22,518 bases of DNA from Octopus sinensis (Eukaryota): the NCBI RefSeq assembly GCF_006345805.1, contig NW_021834046.1, positions 1-22,518 of the forward strand, written 5' to 3'. Below the pieces are notes generated by a model. It ran no database searches. It worked only from the letters and a program-made list of their open reading frames with translations, and was not told where the DNA came from. Positions 1-8,672 of the stretch are shown piece after piece. The position numbers and the translations under genes are program-made. Position 1 is the stretch's first letter. Each line of letters opens with the position of its first letter.

Positions 1-10
1 TACAATCACT

Positions 11-81
11 TGTATATATATATATAATATATATATATATATATTATAATAAATATATATATAAATATACATATTAATATA

Positions 82-131
<50 letters not shown>

Positions 132-140
132 TTATATATA
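11..140. repeat. (TA)n microsatellite
   Basis: Interrupted TA dinucleotide run; source of the YIYI... part of ORF 82..402. Confidence 0.95.
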
Positions 141-717
141 TGATAGCGTGTGTTGTGCGTGTATATGTGTATGTATGCAGTATTTACATATCAATGTTTT
201 GTGTACGCGCGCACGCCGGTGTTTCGATTATAGGAATGAAGAAAGCAGAGGTGGTTTTTTTTTTTACTCCTTTTTTTTTTGTTCTTTGTTTCGTAGAGAA
301 GTATGCTACATGACGATACTACTACAAAAAGACGCCTACGGATATTTAACTTATAACCTCTCACTACTGCGATCTAACAATATCCACACAGTATGTGGTT
401 AATTAAAGCGATGCATTTGCTATTACTGTGTACCACCGTTGCACTAATCCATTCAGCTCCAGAAAAATAAATGAATATGTTATATACGGTATTTCTAGGG
501 AACCTATAATGATTTCCAGCCATCAAGTTTGCATACTATCATCACAAAACCGCCACACTACCACAACTCTGCGACTACGTCACCAAATGCAATAGCATGA
601 AGATCAACTGTAAAAGTAACACCTACAACTACAAGAAGAACTTTTAACGGATCGTATAACAGTCGTAGATTCACCTGCGCAGCGTAGTAAAAACAGTTGT
701 AATCTTGCATTTTTTGT

Positions 718-862
718 TTCATATATATATATATGTGTGTATGTGTGTGTGTGTATAATATATATGTATGCATATATATATATGTATGAAGTATATATAT
801 ATATATGTATGTATATATATATGTGTGTGTGTGTACATACATATATATATATATATATATAT
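718..862. repeat. Compound (TA)n/(TG)n microsatellite
   Basis: Directly visible; explains the low-complexity parts of ORFs 558..881, 604..906 and 737..946. Confidence 0.95.
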
Positions 863-1420
863 AGTGTACATTTAAACACAAGGAATCTACTCGTGGGATT
901 CAACACGCTAGAAAGAACACCTAGGTTCTATAACCACAAAAATTAGGGATAAAATTCGACAGGAACGAAATGAAAATTAAAAACATTTTACCATCAATTT
1001 TCCAGGATCAATTGGTTTCTGATTTTAGTTTAGCAAGCAAATAATATTTACTCACGAGGTGAAATCTTCATCAACAGGTACACCTTGGGTTAAATATATA
1101 AAAACACAAGGTGATCAAACTATATGCCTCCCGTTTATATATATCCTAACTTTTTTCAAAATCTACTGTGCAGACGCCGGCAATAAAAAAAATTGCCAAC
1201 CTTTAAAACCGAAAATTTTCCGAAGACTTCTAATACTTAAACATATTTAAACATGTTTAAGTATATATATATATATACATATTCATATATTATGTATGCA
1301 TGCTTGTATGCATGCTTATTTGTATGTATGCATGTATGAATGTGTACATATCTTGTATATATGCATGGATGGATGAACGTAGGTACGTATGTATATAGCT
1401 ATTAGACGACAGACAGATAT

Positions 1421-3050
1421 GTTTCTTTATTAGCCAACAGGGCTGCACACAGATAGAACAAATTACAAGGTAGAGCTTTTCTTTTGAAGGTTTAAAAAAA
1501 TAAATAATAAAAAAAAATTTTAAAAAAAAATTAAATAAAAATAAAATAAAAAACGGGGGGTCGATCAAAGGGATCGTAAAGGAGAGAAAGAGGACAAAAA
1601 AAGGGGGGGTTAAAAAAAAGGGGGAGAGGAAAAAAAATTGATCAATAGGGATCGTTATCACAGAAATGTCAATATGAAGTGTAAAGGGAGGACAGGTGAG
1701 GTCACCCGTGGAAAGAAAAGCCTACGGAAAAGACCACGGTAACCTCGGTCAATGAAGTCACATGTTGTATTTCTTTTTTTTTTTTTTTTTTTGCAAATAA
1801 GCAACTCTCTGTATTAATTTTTACGGTTCATAGAATCATAGTCAAGGTGGCTTCGTCATTCATACGTGCCATCCTTGCTACATCACCCATCTTTTTTAAA
1901 ACATTCACTGACAAAACTTGCCTCTCTACTCTCACTTTTTTCTTCAAGTGATACTTGAAAAGTTGATGAGAGATTGACCAGAGAGGAAAGTGTTTGTGTC
2001 TCTAATCCTTTCAGACGCGTCCACCAGATACATTCTTTCGCCATAGCCACAAGTATGATAAAAATAGCTCTTCCTTCCCGTTTGAAGGAAGGAGGCGTGA
2101 CGATATAACGATAGACTCGGCTGATAAACCGACACGTCCCACACGTGACAGCATCGTTCGACATAACCCACAGTGGGAAATTGCTGGACACTGCACGATT
2201 GCGTGCAGAGCAGTTTCGTCGCTCTGCCCGCATCTCGGGCAGGTCGGCCCCGTTGTTCTCGAGCCATGCCTATGAGCTTATCCCGAACGGGTAGCGCTTC
2301 TCGGTAGCACCGCCAGGCCAGGGATCTCTGGAGTTGTCCATAGGTCCCGGGCCGAAAGTCGTTTGAAACAGGCGGGTCAGGTATTTCCTCGTCGACGCCC
2401 AGGTTGCCCCGAGCTCGTCGTCGTACCTCCCCTCCACTAATCCCCTATAGAATGCTTTGGTTGTGTTGAAGTCACTCAAGGTCGACCCGGGACGGCAGAG
2501 TTGCTTGAGATCAACGTGACACTCGCGGTGCCATTCGCCGCTTCTTCGGCCTCTTTTTGATCCACGACTGTATTTTCGGTCATGGAGACGAGTTGCGGGA
2601 ATGCGTGCCTCACAAACGGCGACCACACCTGTTCACCGTCGTCTACATAGAGCCTGAGATGTCGCAGTCTCAGCGCGTTGTCTGCGCATCATCAATCACG
2701 GCATGCCCAGCCTCCTTTTAACGGGTGTTGACAGCAAATGGATCGCCTGACCATCGGGACGCATCCTTTCCACAAGAAGCGGAAGAGGATGCGTTCTAGT
2801 TTGGTGATGTAGGGTCGGGACAAGGTACGACGGTCAGGCGGTAGTAGATGATGGACGCGATGTACGCGTTTCACCACCCTCCGCCCGACCTTTTAGGGAC
2901 AGTTTCCTCGCGGGCCCATTGCTGGGCGAGAGTGACCACCCTACTCGTTATCTCGTTCCAGTTCTTCTCCATTTGGAGGTCCGGCCCGACCATACCCCGA
3001 GCAACTCAACCGGGCCGTCTGTCCAGCGTCCCACGACGGAGGTACTGGTG
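1421..3050 (-). mobile_element. 5'-truncated non-LTR retrotransposon, L1 group, Tx1-like (ORF2 C-terminal part plus ~400-nt 3' UTR)
   Basis: GC-rich block in AT-rich DNA. Minus-strand frames, joined across frameshifts, give post-RT motifs RKLSLKGRAE, NAYIASIIYYRLTVVPC, KLERILFRFLWKGCVPMVRRSICCQHPLKGG, SLAWRCYREALPVRDKL and a CCHC zinc knuckle CPRCGQSDETALHAIVQC (2188-2241). Stop TGA at 1828-1830; AATAAA on minus at 1426-1431. No RT catalytic YADD motif in the retained part. Tx1 assignment rests on recognised motifs, not a search. Confidence 0.85.
1828..3050 (-). pseudogene. Frameshifted LINE ORF2 C-terminal fragment (zf-RVT-like CCHC knuckle)
   Basis: Pieces lie in different minus frames (ORF track 2692..2877, 2011..2196, 1883..2233 and the frame upstream of 2267) and end ...DVARMARMNDEATLTMIL*. 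Multiple single-base indels. Confidence 0.85.
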
Positions 3051-3143
<93 letters not shown>

Positions 3144-3165
3144 CATAGATAGATAGATTGATAGA
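3051..3165. repeat. (AGAT)n tetranucleotide microsatellite
   Basis: Near-perfect AGAT run directly abutting the truncated 5' end of the LINE. Confidence 0.97.
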
Positions 3166-3660
3166 AAGAACAATTACAACGTTGAAGAACAGTTTTTAGC
3201 TCCCTCTAGAAAAAAACAGTTTCACTGTAACTGTTTCAACCTTAGTTGCAAGTTCTTGGTGGCCTCCGGGTCCAAGAGGATTCTTCTTTTTATGTTGAGT
3301 TTTTATGTTGACTTATGGTTCGGTTGTGTATCTCTTGTTAAACCTTGATCTCTTGGCATTGGTATGCGTTTCTCTTTTCTATATTCTGTTCATTTCTCTG
3401 TTTACAGTTTATTTAGTATATATCACCGCTTCTATTTCTTTCCTCTAACACTACTTATTCTTTCTCTTCTTAGCTCTTTCATGTGCTAAGGTATGAACTC
3501 AATATGTATAATTATAAGTTACATATGTACATGCTTCTTATGCTAGAAGTGTATTGAAAATAAGCTCTTCAATGAATTTATGCCACAATAATATATCAAT
3601 ATAGCTTACACGAGGTCTAATCAATAAGTATCCGCTACACACCTTCCTTCCAAGCGCTGC

Positions 3661-3727
3661 TGTAAACAGCGGAAGTGAGCTAGAACGATAAGATTTAGTG
3701 CACATGCACAGCAGAGTTCAAGGTCAA
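3661..3727. promoter_or_regulatory. Candidate enhancer: Forkhead + ETS + GATA-like + nuclear-receptor DR1 motif cluster
   Basis: TGTAAACA 3661-3668, CGGAAGTG 3670-3677, GATAAG 3687-3692 (preceded by C, so imperfect WGATAR), AGTTCA-A-AGGTCA 3715-3727. Motif match only. Confidence 0.3.
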
Positions 3728-3819
3728 TCTTAGCAAAGTGGCTTCACTCTGCATGCTTTAGTTTCGTTAATATGGCCACAGTCCGGATACTTATTTATTA
3801 GATCACGTATATAAACATA

Positions 3820-3840
3820 ACACATATATACATATGTATA

Positions 3841-3880
<40 letters not shown>

Positions 3881-4085
3881 TTATATATAATATAATATAA
3901 TATAATATGATATAATGTAAATATATATATATATAATATAATATAATATAAATAATATATATAAGCATATATACATATATTAATGTAAAATATATATGTG
4001 GTTAATATATACATACATACTACATATATACACACATACATACATACATACATACATACATACATACATACATACATACATACAT
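3820..4085. repeat. Compound (TA)n/(TACA)n microsatellite
   Basis: Directly visible. Confidence 0.95.
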
Positions 4086-4690
4086 GCAAATATGGATACA
4101 GGACGTCACCAAAAGTAAACAACAGGAAATACGAAAATAAATTAGTTCAATACGCAAACAACGAGAGAAATGGAAAACAGGACAAGTAACATAAAGAACA
4201 ACCCTTCATTGGTTGTTGGCTGTCTATCTACTCTTCATTTTGAGCATTGAACGACAATATGAAGCTTCGAAGACAGTTACTCCCATAAGTACCAAAATAA
4301 AATTTCGGATTTATGGAGGGTCAAATTTGAGAGCAAAAACAGGACAGTGGAGACATACAAGGAAACCGAGCGGAGACAAACATGGAGGGTCGTTAGACCC
4401 GAACGAGAGTAAAATAGCGAACACTGAAGAAATATTTTCTTTGACAAGAGAAAAGATAGAAGAGAGAGATATAGGATACTCTGGTCCTTAGGACAGCCCT
4501 GAAAGAAAAGAAAGATGATCACGTGAGGAACAGAAAGATGGACGATGATTACGTGTGAGCAACGAAGGAGAGTAAAGGAGAAAGAGGGAGAGAGAGACAT
4601 ATAGAAAACGGTGAACGGGAAGAAGAAAGGGAATTAGGGAAAGGATGTGGGAGAAAACGATAGAGTGAGAAAACAGTATAGAGTAGAGTC
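4086..4690 (-). mobile_element. ~600-bp interspersed repeat, copy A (probably a Penelope-like element terminal repeat)
   Basis: Its reverse complement aligns along most of its length with 11120-11746, e.g. cactgtcctgtttttgctctcaaatttgaccctccataaatccgaaattttatttt vs cactgtgctgtttttgttaccaactttgaccttccgcaaatcccaaattttatttt, and the tail cgtatttcctgttgtttacttttggtgacgtcctgtatccatat. The repeat is seen in the sequence; the Penelope label is inference. Confidence 0.7.
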
Positions 4691-4776
4691 ACATGAGAGG
4701 AAACGATAGGAGAAATATATATAAATTATATATATTTATATATATATATATATATATATATTTGTTTTATTTATAT

Positions 4777-4866
4777 TTCCTGAGCGCCATACTAATACAA
4801 TTGTTCGTTTGGTTTTCCACCTGCCTTCGTCTTTTGTTTATTTTCATAAAGCTTCCCGTTATATAT
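4777..4866 (+). mobile_element. 3' tail remnant of the ribozyme-bearing repeat at 7020-7255 (ribozyme part absent)
   Basis: ttcctgagcgccatactaataca...ccacctgccttcgtcttttgtttattttc aligns to 7165-7250 and likewise runs into (TA)n. Confidence 0.8.
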
Positions 4867-5006
4867 ATATATATATATATATAGATATATACATGTAAAT
4901 GTCGAACGATGAAAATGAGTACTCAACACTACATTGGTGGATAGAATTTCTTTATTTGTGTATCAAGGCTATCATTGGTTTCATCTTAAGAAAAAATGTA
5001 TATGTA

Positions 5007-5225
5007 GGCACATGGTTCAGTGGTTAGAGCGTCGTGCTCACAATCTCGGACTTGGATGTATGCTGTGTTCTTGAGCAAGACACTTTATTTCACGTCACTC
5101 CAGTTTACTCAGTAGTAGAAATAAATTGCGACGTCACAGGTAGCAAGCTTTATTGGCCTTTGCCTTTCCTTTGGATAACATCGGTGGCGCGGAGAGGGGG
5201 GCGGGTATGGTCTTCCACAAACAAC
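5007..5225 (+). mobile_element. tRNA-derived SINE, internally deleted and 3'-truncated (same family as 20743-21079)
   Basis: A box TGGTTCAGTGG 5013-5023. 32-nt identity of 5064-5095 with the reverse complement of 20971-21002. B-box segment is missing relative to the full copy. Confidence 0.9.
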
Positions 5226-6402
5226 AGACGGTATCTGAGGGCCCATGCATTATAGTCATTATTTTATTTGACTAATTTTTATTGAACTTCTATTACAGAA
5301 AATAACAATGAAAGGCCCTATGCTTATTAATGAAATTAAAAGGCATGATGTGATTGTGACTTTGAAGGCTAAGCATGGTGATTTAGAAATATCTCGTTTT
5401 CTGAAAGTTGCAAGATCTTTTGTCCACAAGATACGGTGTGAATTGAAGAAGGAGATGGAAGTGCATTGCCTGTATGAAAACGTAAAAAAAAACTTCCAAA
5501 CCCTCTATTTCTATCAGGGCACCTGAATTTATTCAGGAAGTTAAGAAAAACAATCCAGGAAAATCAGTGAGGTCAATTGCAAAAAATTTCGTGTGTCAGG
5601 AAAAGCAATCCGAAATGTTGTGCATGAAGACATCGGATACAAATCTTACGTGATGAGGAGAGGTCAATTCGTATCAGAAAAAATCAAAAGAAATCTGTTT
5701 AATCAGATCCAAAAGACAGTTGACCAAACTTAAAACTCTATTAGAAGATGGTGTGATTTAGTTTTTCTCAGATGAGAAAAACTTTGACTGGGACCAGAAA
5801 ACTAACAGAAGAAATGGAAGATGGCTATGTGCAGACCTCCTGAGGCACACAAAATTGTTGTTAGGAATGGACATGCAATACCTCCTCACTTTTTCCAAAA
5901 TGAATGCTGCTGCGTATATTGAGGTTCTGGATAAAGTTGTTAAGCCTTGGTTCAACAGTGTATGCAATGAAAGGCCTTATGTCTTTCAAAAAGATTCTTC
6001 ACCATCACACAAGGCTCAAATGCCACAAGAATGGATGGCTGACAATTTGCATGATCACATCAGCCCCAGCATTTGGCCTCCTAATTCTTTAGATCTCAGT
6101 CCACTGGACTACTACGTATGGATATTTCCATAGTACCAAAGATCCTTTGAAAGCCGCCATAGTTCGAGTCATATCCTATATGAACTAGGACCACTTAATC
6201 CGAGTTTGCAAACGACTTCGACCCCGCATAAAGGCAGTTATTGATGCTTATGGTGGTTTTATTGAATGAATGAAATTCTTAAACTGATAATTTAGCTTTA
6301 CGTTTATGGTATATGTTATTTTTATAAAGTTTTTTTTCTGTTATTATTTAAGTGTCTTTTTTTAAACCATAAAAAGTCCTCAAATACCGTCTCCGCACGC
6401 TG
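5226..6402 (+). mobile_element. Tc1/mariner superfamily DNA transposon, DD37D (maT) type, decayed
   Basis: Right end reads CAGCGTGCGGAGACGGTATTTGAGGAC on minus, with TA at 6403-6404. Left TIR remnant AGACGGTATCTGAGGGC (5226-5242) matches 6376-6392 but lacks the outer ~11 nt. Encloses transposase remnants. Confidence 0.9.
5308..6269 (+). pseudogene. DD37D transposase pseudogene
   Basis: N-terminus MKGPMLINEIKRHDVIV...; catalytic motifs FFSDEKNFD (D at 5771-5773), YVFQKDSSPSH (D at 5993-5995) and WPPNSLDLSPLDYYVW (D at 6107-6109). Exactly 37 residues separate the second and third D. C-terminus ...AVIDAYGGFIE*. Stops, frameshifts and small deletions throughout. Confidence 0.9.
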
Positions 6403-6639
6403 TATGTGTATATCGAACGGATTAAGTATAAACTATAAGCTTGCCTCACATGTTAAGACGCGTTCCCTAGTGTTTAGGTTATTGCGCACACGGAATTTAT
6501 GTTAGTGAGCTGGTCGCAGTCCTGCAGTGAAAATATTCTCACCTTGAATAGTAAATGGAAAGTTAATCAACCAGGTTTTATATACATTATTTATATTATT
6601 TACAATTGACGGATATTTGTCCTCATCTTGTTTATTGTT

Positions 6640-6685
6640 AACACAACGTTTCGGCTGATATACCCTTCAGCTTTCATCAGGTGTC
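6640..6685 (-). ncRNA. Minimal type I hammerhead ribozyme motif (HHR1)
   Basis: GACAC-CUGAUGA-A-AGCUG-AAGGGUAUAU-CAGCC-GAAAC-GUU-GUGUU. Stem I GACAC/GUGUU (5 bp, one G.U), intact core CUGAUGA and GAAA, stem II with 4 WC pairs plus an A.C mismatch at its base, loop-less palindromic ACGU helix III, GUU cleavage triplet. Confidence 0.75.
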
Positions 6686-6734
6686 TTGGGGCAATTTCGA
6701 ACCTGGGTTCTCATTCCTAAGGTATTTTTCGACG

Positions 6735-6758
6735 TTGTTGTTATTGTTATCATTATTA

Positions 6759-6820
<62 letters not shown>

Positions 6821-6843
6821 CATCATCATCATTATTATCATTA

Positions 6844-6900
<57 letters not shown>
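6735..6900. repeat. (ATT)n microsatellite with ATC interruptions
   Basis: Directly visible; source of the poly-I and poly-Y ORFs 6681..6938 and 6686..6919. Confidence 0.97.
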
Positions 6901-6905
<5 letters not shown>

Positions 6906-7019
6906 TCACTGGGATCTAACTCGGAATCTTGGGGTTAGTAGCCTGCGCTCTTAACCACTACGCCATATGCCCGTGTTTTAGATGAATAGATTATTCTTTT
7001 AAGAAGTAATTGATAAGCG

Positions 7020-7255
7020 ATCTCAGATCAAATCACTCGCAAGACGCCATGATAGATCGTTAGCTACTACACGCATTTTTTTCTCGCCTTGTTTCTCTCC
7101 TTGTTTTTTCTGTGTATCTTTCTGTGGAAGAGCGTAGGCTCGAAACGTAAAAGACTTTTTTCTATTCCTGAGCGCTATACTAATACATTTGTTTGTTTGT
7201 ACACCACCTGCCTTCGTCTTTTTGTTTATTTTCGTAAACTTTCCCTTTATATATA
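7020..7255 (+). mobile_element. Penelope-like terminal-repeat fragment carrying a hammerhead motif
   Basis: Contains HHR2. Its 3' part recurs at 4777-4866 and ends in (TA)n. The Penelope label follows from the established association of minimal hammerheads with PLEs; the 5' boundary is approximate. Confidence 0.65.
7117..7154 (+). ncRNA. Minimal type I hammerhead ribozyme variant (HHR2, core CUGUGGA)
   Basis: UCUUU-CUGUGGA-A-GAGC-GUAG-GCUC-GAAAC-GUA-AAAGA. Perfect 5-bp stem I, perfect 4-bp stem II with tetraloop, GAAA, loop-less ACGU helix III, GUA triplet. Core position 6 is U instead of the conserved A. Confidence 0.7.
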
Positions 7256-7486
7256 TATATATAATATATATATAACTATATTATAGATAGATATATATAT
7301 AATATATATATATATATATACCATATACATGCATGTATATGTATATTTGAATATATGGTATGCATAAACAAACGCTAGCTATAACCCAAACGCTAATTAC
7401 ATGGATTCATACATTCATGCAGACATGTGTGTGTATATATATATATATATTATATTATATATATATATATATATAATATATATATA

Positions 7487-7663
7487 GGCGTAGGAGTGGC
7501 TGTAAGTAGCCTGCTTACCAATCACATAGTCCCGGTTCAGTCCCACTGCGGGGCACCTTAGTCAAGTGTCATCTGCTATAGCGTGTGGTCAACTTGTTCC
7601 ATTAAAGGCGATGCTCCATCATGGCCGCTGTCAAATAACTGAAACTAATAAAAGAATGAAAGA
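7487..7663 (+). mobile_element. Internally deleted SINE (tRNA-like head and CORE-like segment joined to its 3' tail)
   Basis: Head ggcgtaggagtggctg...cccggttcagtccc; CORE-like ggcaccttagtcaagtgtc. Tail gcgatgctccatcatggccgctg matches the reverse complement of 10434-10456 (gcagtgctccagtatggccgcag). Confidence 0.65.
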
Positions 7664-8329
7664 AAACACACACACACACACATATGTGTGTGTGTGTATA
7701 AGAGAAGCTGTGAGTTTGCCTCACGCTTTGAGTTTCACACCTTTGAGACCTTCATTTTCCACAAGAATCATATCTCCTACGTGTATTGACCTCTTCTTTC
7801 TCATTCGTTCATCATAACTCAACGCATGCTTGTGTACGTCTGTGCGTGAGTGCCTCTGTGCGTGCGTGCTTGTAGGCATCTATGTATGCATGTGTGTATG
7901 TATTTATGCAAATATGTATGTGTATGTATGTACAAGCATAAATACCTGCTTGCAAATGTATGCATTATAAAATATGCCTGTATGGTGAGTATGCGCAAAT
8001 ATGTGTGTCTGTGTTTCCATACTACACCAGTTTTAAGTATCACTGATTTGTAATTACCAGACTCACTGTGATTTTTAAACGTTAAATGCAAAATATTAAC
8101 AGGAACACATGAAACAGAACAACAATAAACAGACAAAAAATAGGCACTCATAACAGAAATTAAAGAAATTAGGATGTCGGAGTTTCACCTAAGAATTTCC
8201 ATCTGTTTAAGATGTCTTGTTGCGTGATGAATATAATTTAAAGAACTTCATTAAGGGAACAGCAAGATGTGTATTCACACTTCCAAAACTTTTTCTTGTA
8301 TATTTGTAATACAGTATTATACATACATA

Positions 8330-8348
8330 CTTCACACACACGCACGCA

Positions 8349-8435
<87 letters not shown>

Positions 8436-8672
8436 AATGCATTCATATCTACAGACATGCGACCATAGGTATATGCATACATACACACACGGACACAGAT
8501 GCATGTCCTTGTGTATTGAGAATGTTTTTGTATATATGAAGTTATCTTTTTAATTATATACACACATATGTGTGTGTATGTATGTATGTATGTATGTATG
8601 TATGCATGCATGTATGTATGTATGTATGTATGTATGTATGTATGTATGTATGTATGTATGTATGTATGTATG
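8330..8672. repeat. (CA)n and (TATG)n microsatellites
   Basis: (CA)n at ~8332-8426 and (TATG)n at ~8575-8672. Confidence 0.95.

Larger units (their letters stand above)
6575..6972 (-). mobile_element. SINE-like element: tRNA-derived head + (TAA)n + hammerhead-ribozyme-containing tail
   Basis: Minus strand reads GGGCATATGGCGTAGTGGTTAAGAGCGC (A box 6955-6965), degenerate B box GAGTTAGATCC (6912-6922), ~165 nt of (TAA)n, GGTTCGAAA (6695-6703), the hammerhead motif, then an AT-rich tail. The 3' boundary is approximate. Confidence 0.75.

Noticed and set aside
297-690. Possible plus-strand exons 297-390 (T-rich acceptor, GTATGT donor) and 499-600 with Thr-rich peptides
   Set aside because: Phases can be joined, but the peptide resembles nothing I recognise and 541-660 looks like decayed ACN trinucleotide sequence. 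Needs RNA-seq.
1495-1640. Unusual A/G homopolymer block
   Set aside because: Lies inside the LINE 3' UTR. Homopolymer expansion or low-quality base calling explains it without a separate function.
3808-3815. TATATAAA as a TATA box downstream of the motif cluster
   Set aside because: It is at the edge of a (TA)n tract, where the motif is expected by chance.
4213-4600. ORFs 4213..4491 and 4277..4600 as genes
   Set aside because: Both lie within an interspersed repeat whose second copy (11120-11746) does not preserve these frames.
4885-4990. Possible third hammerhead (GAAAC on minus near 4977-4981)
   Set aside because: No CUGANGA core or stem II upstream; at most a truncated repeat tail.
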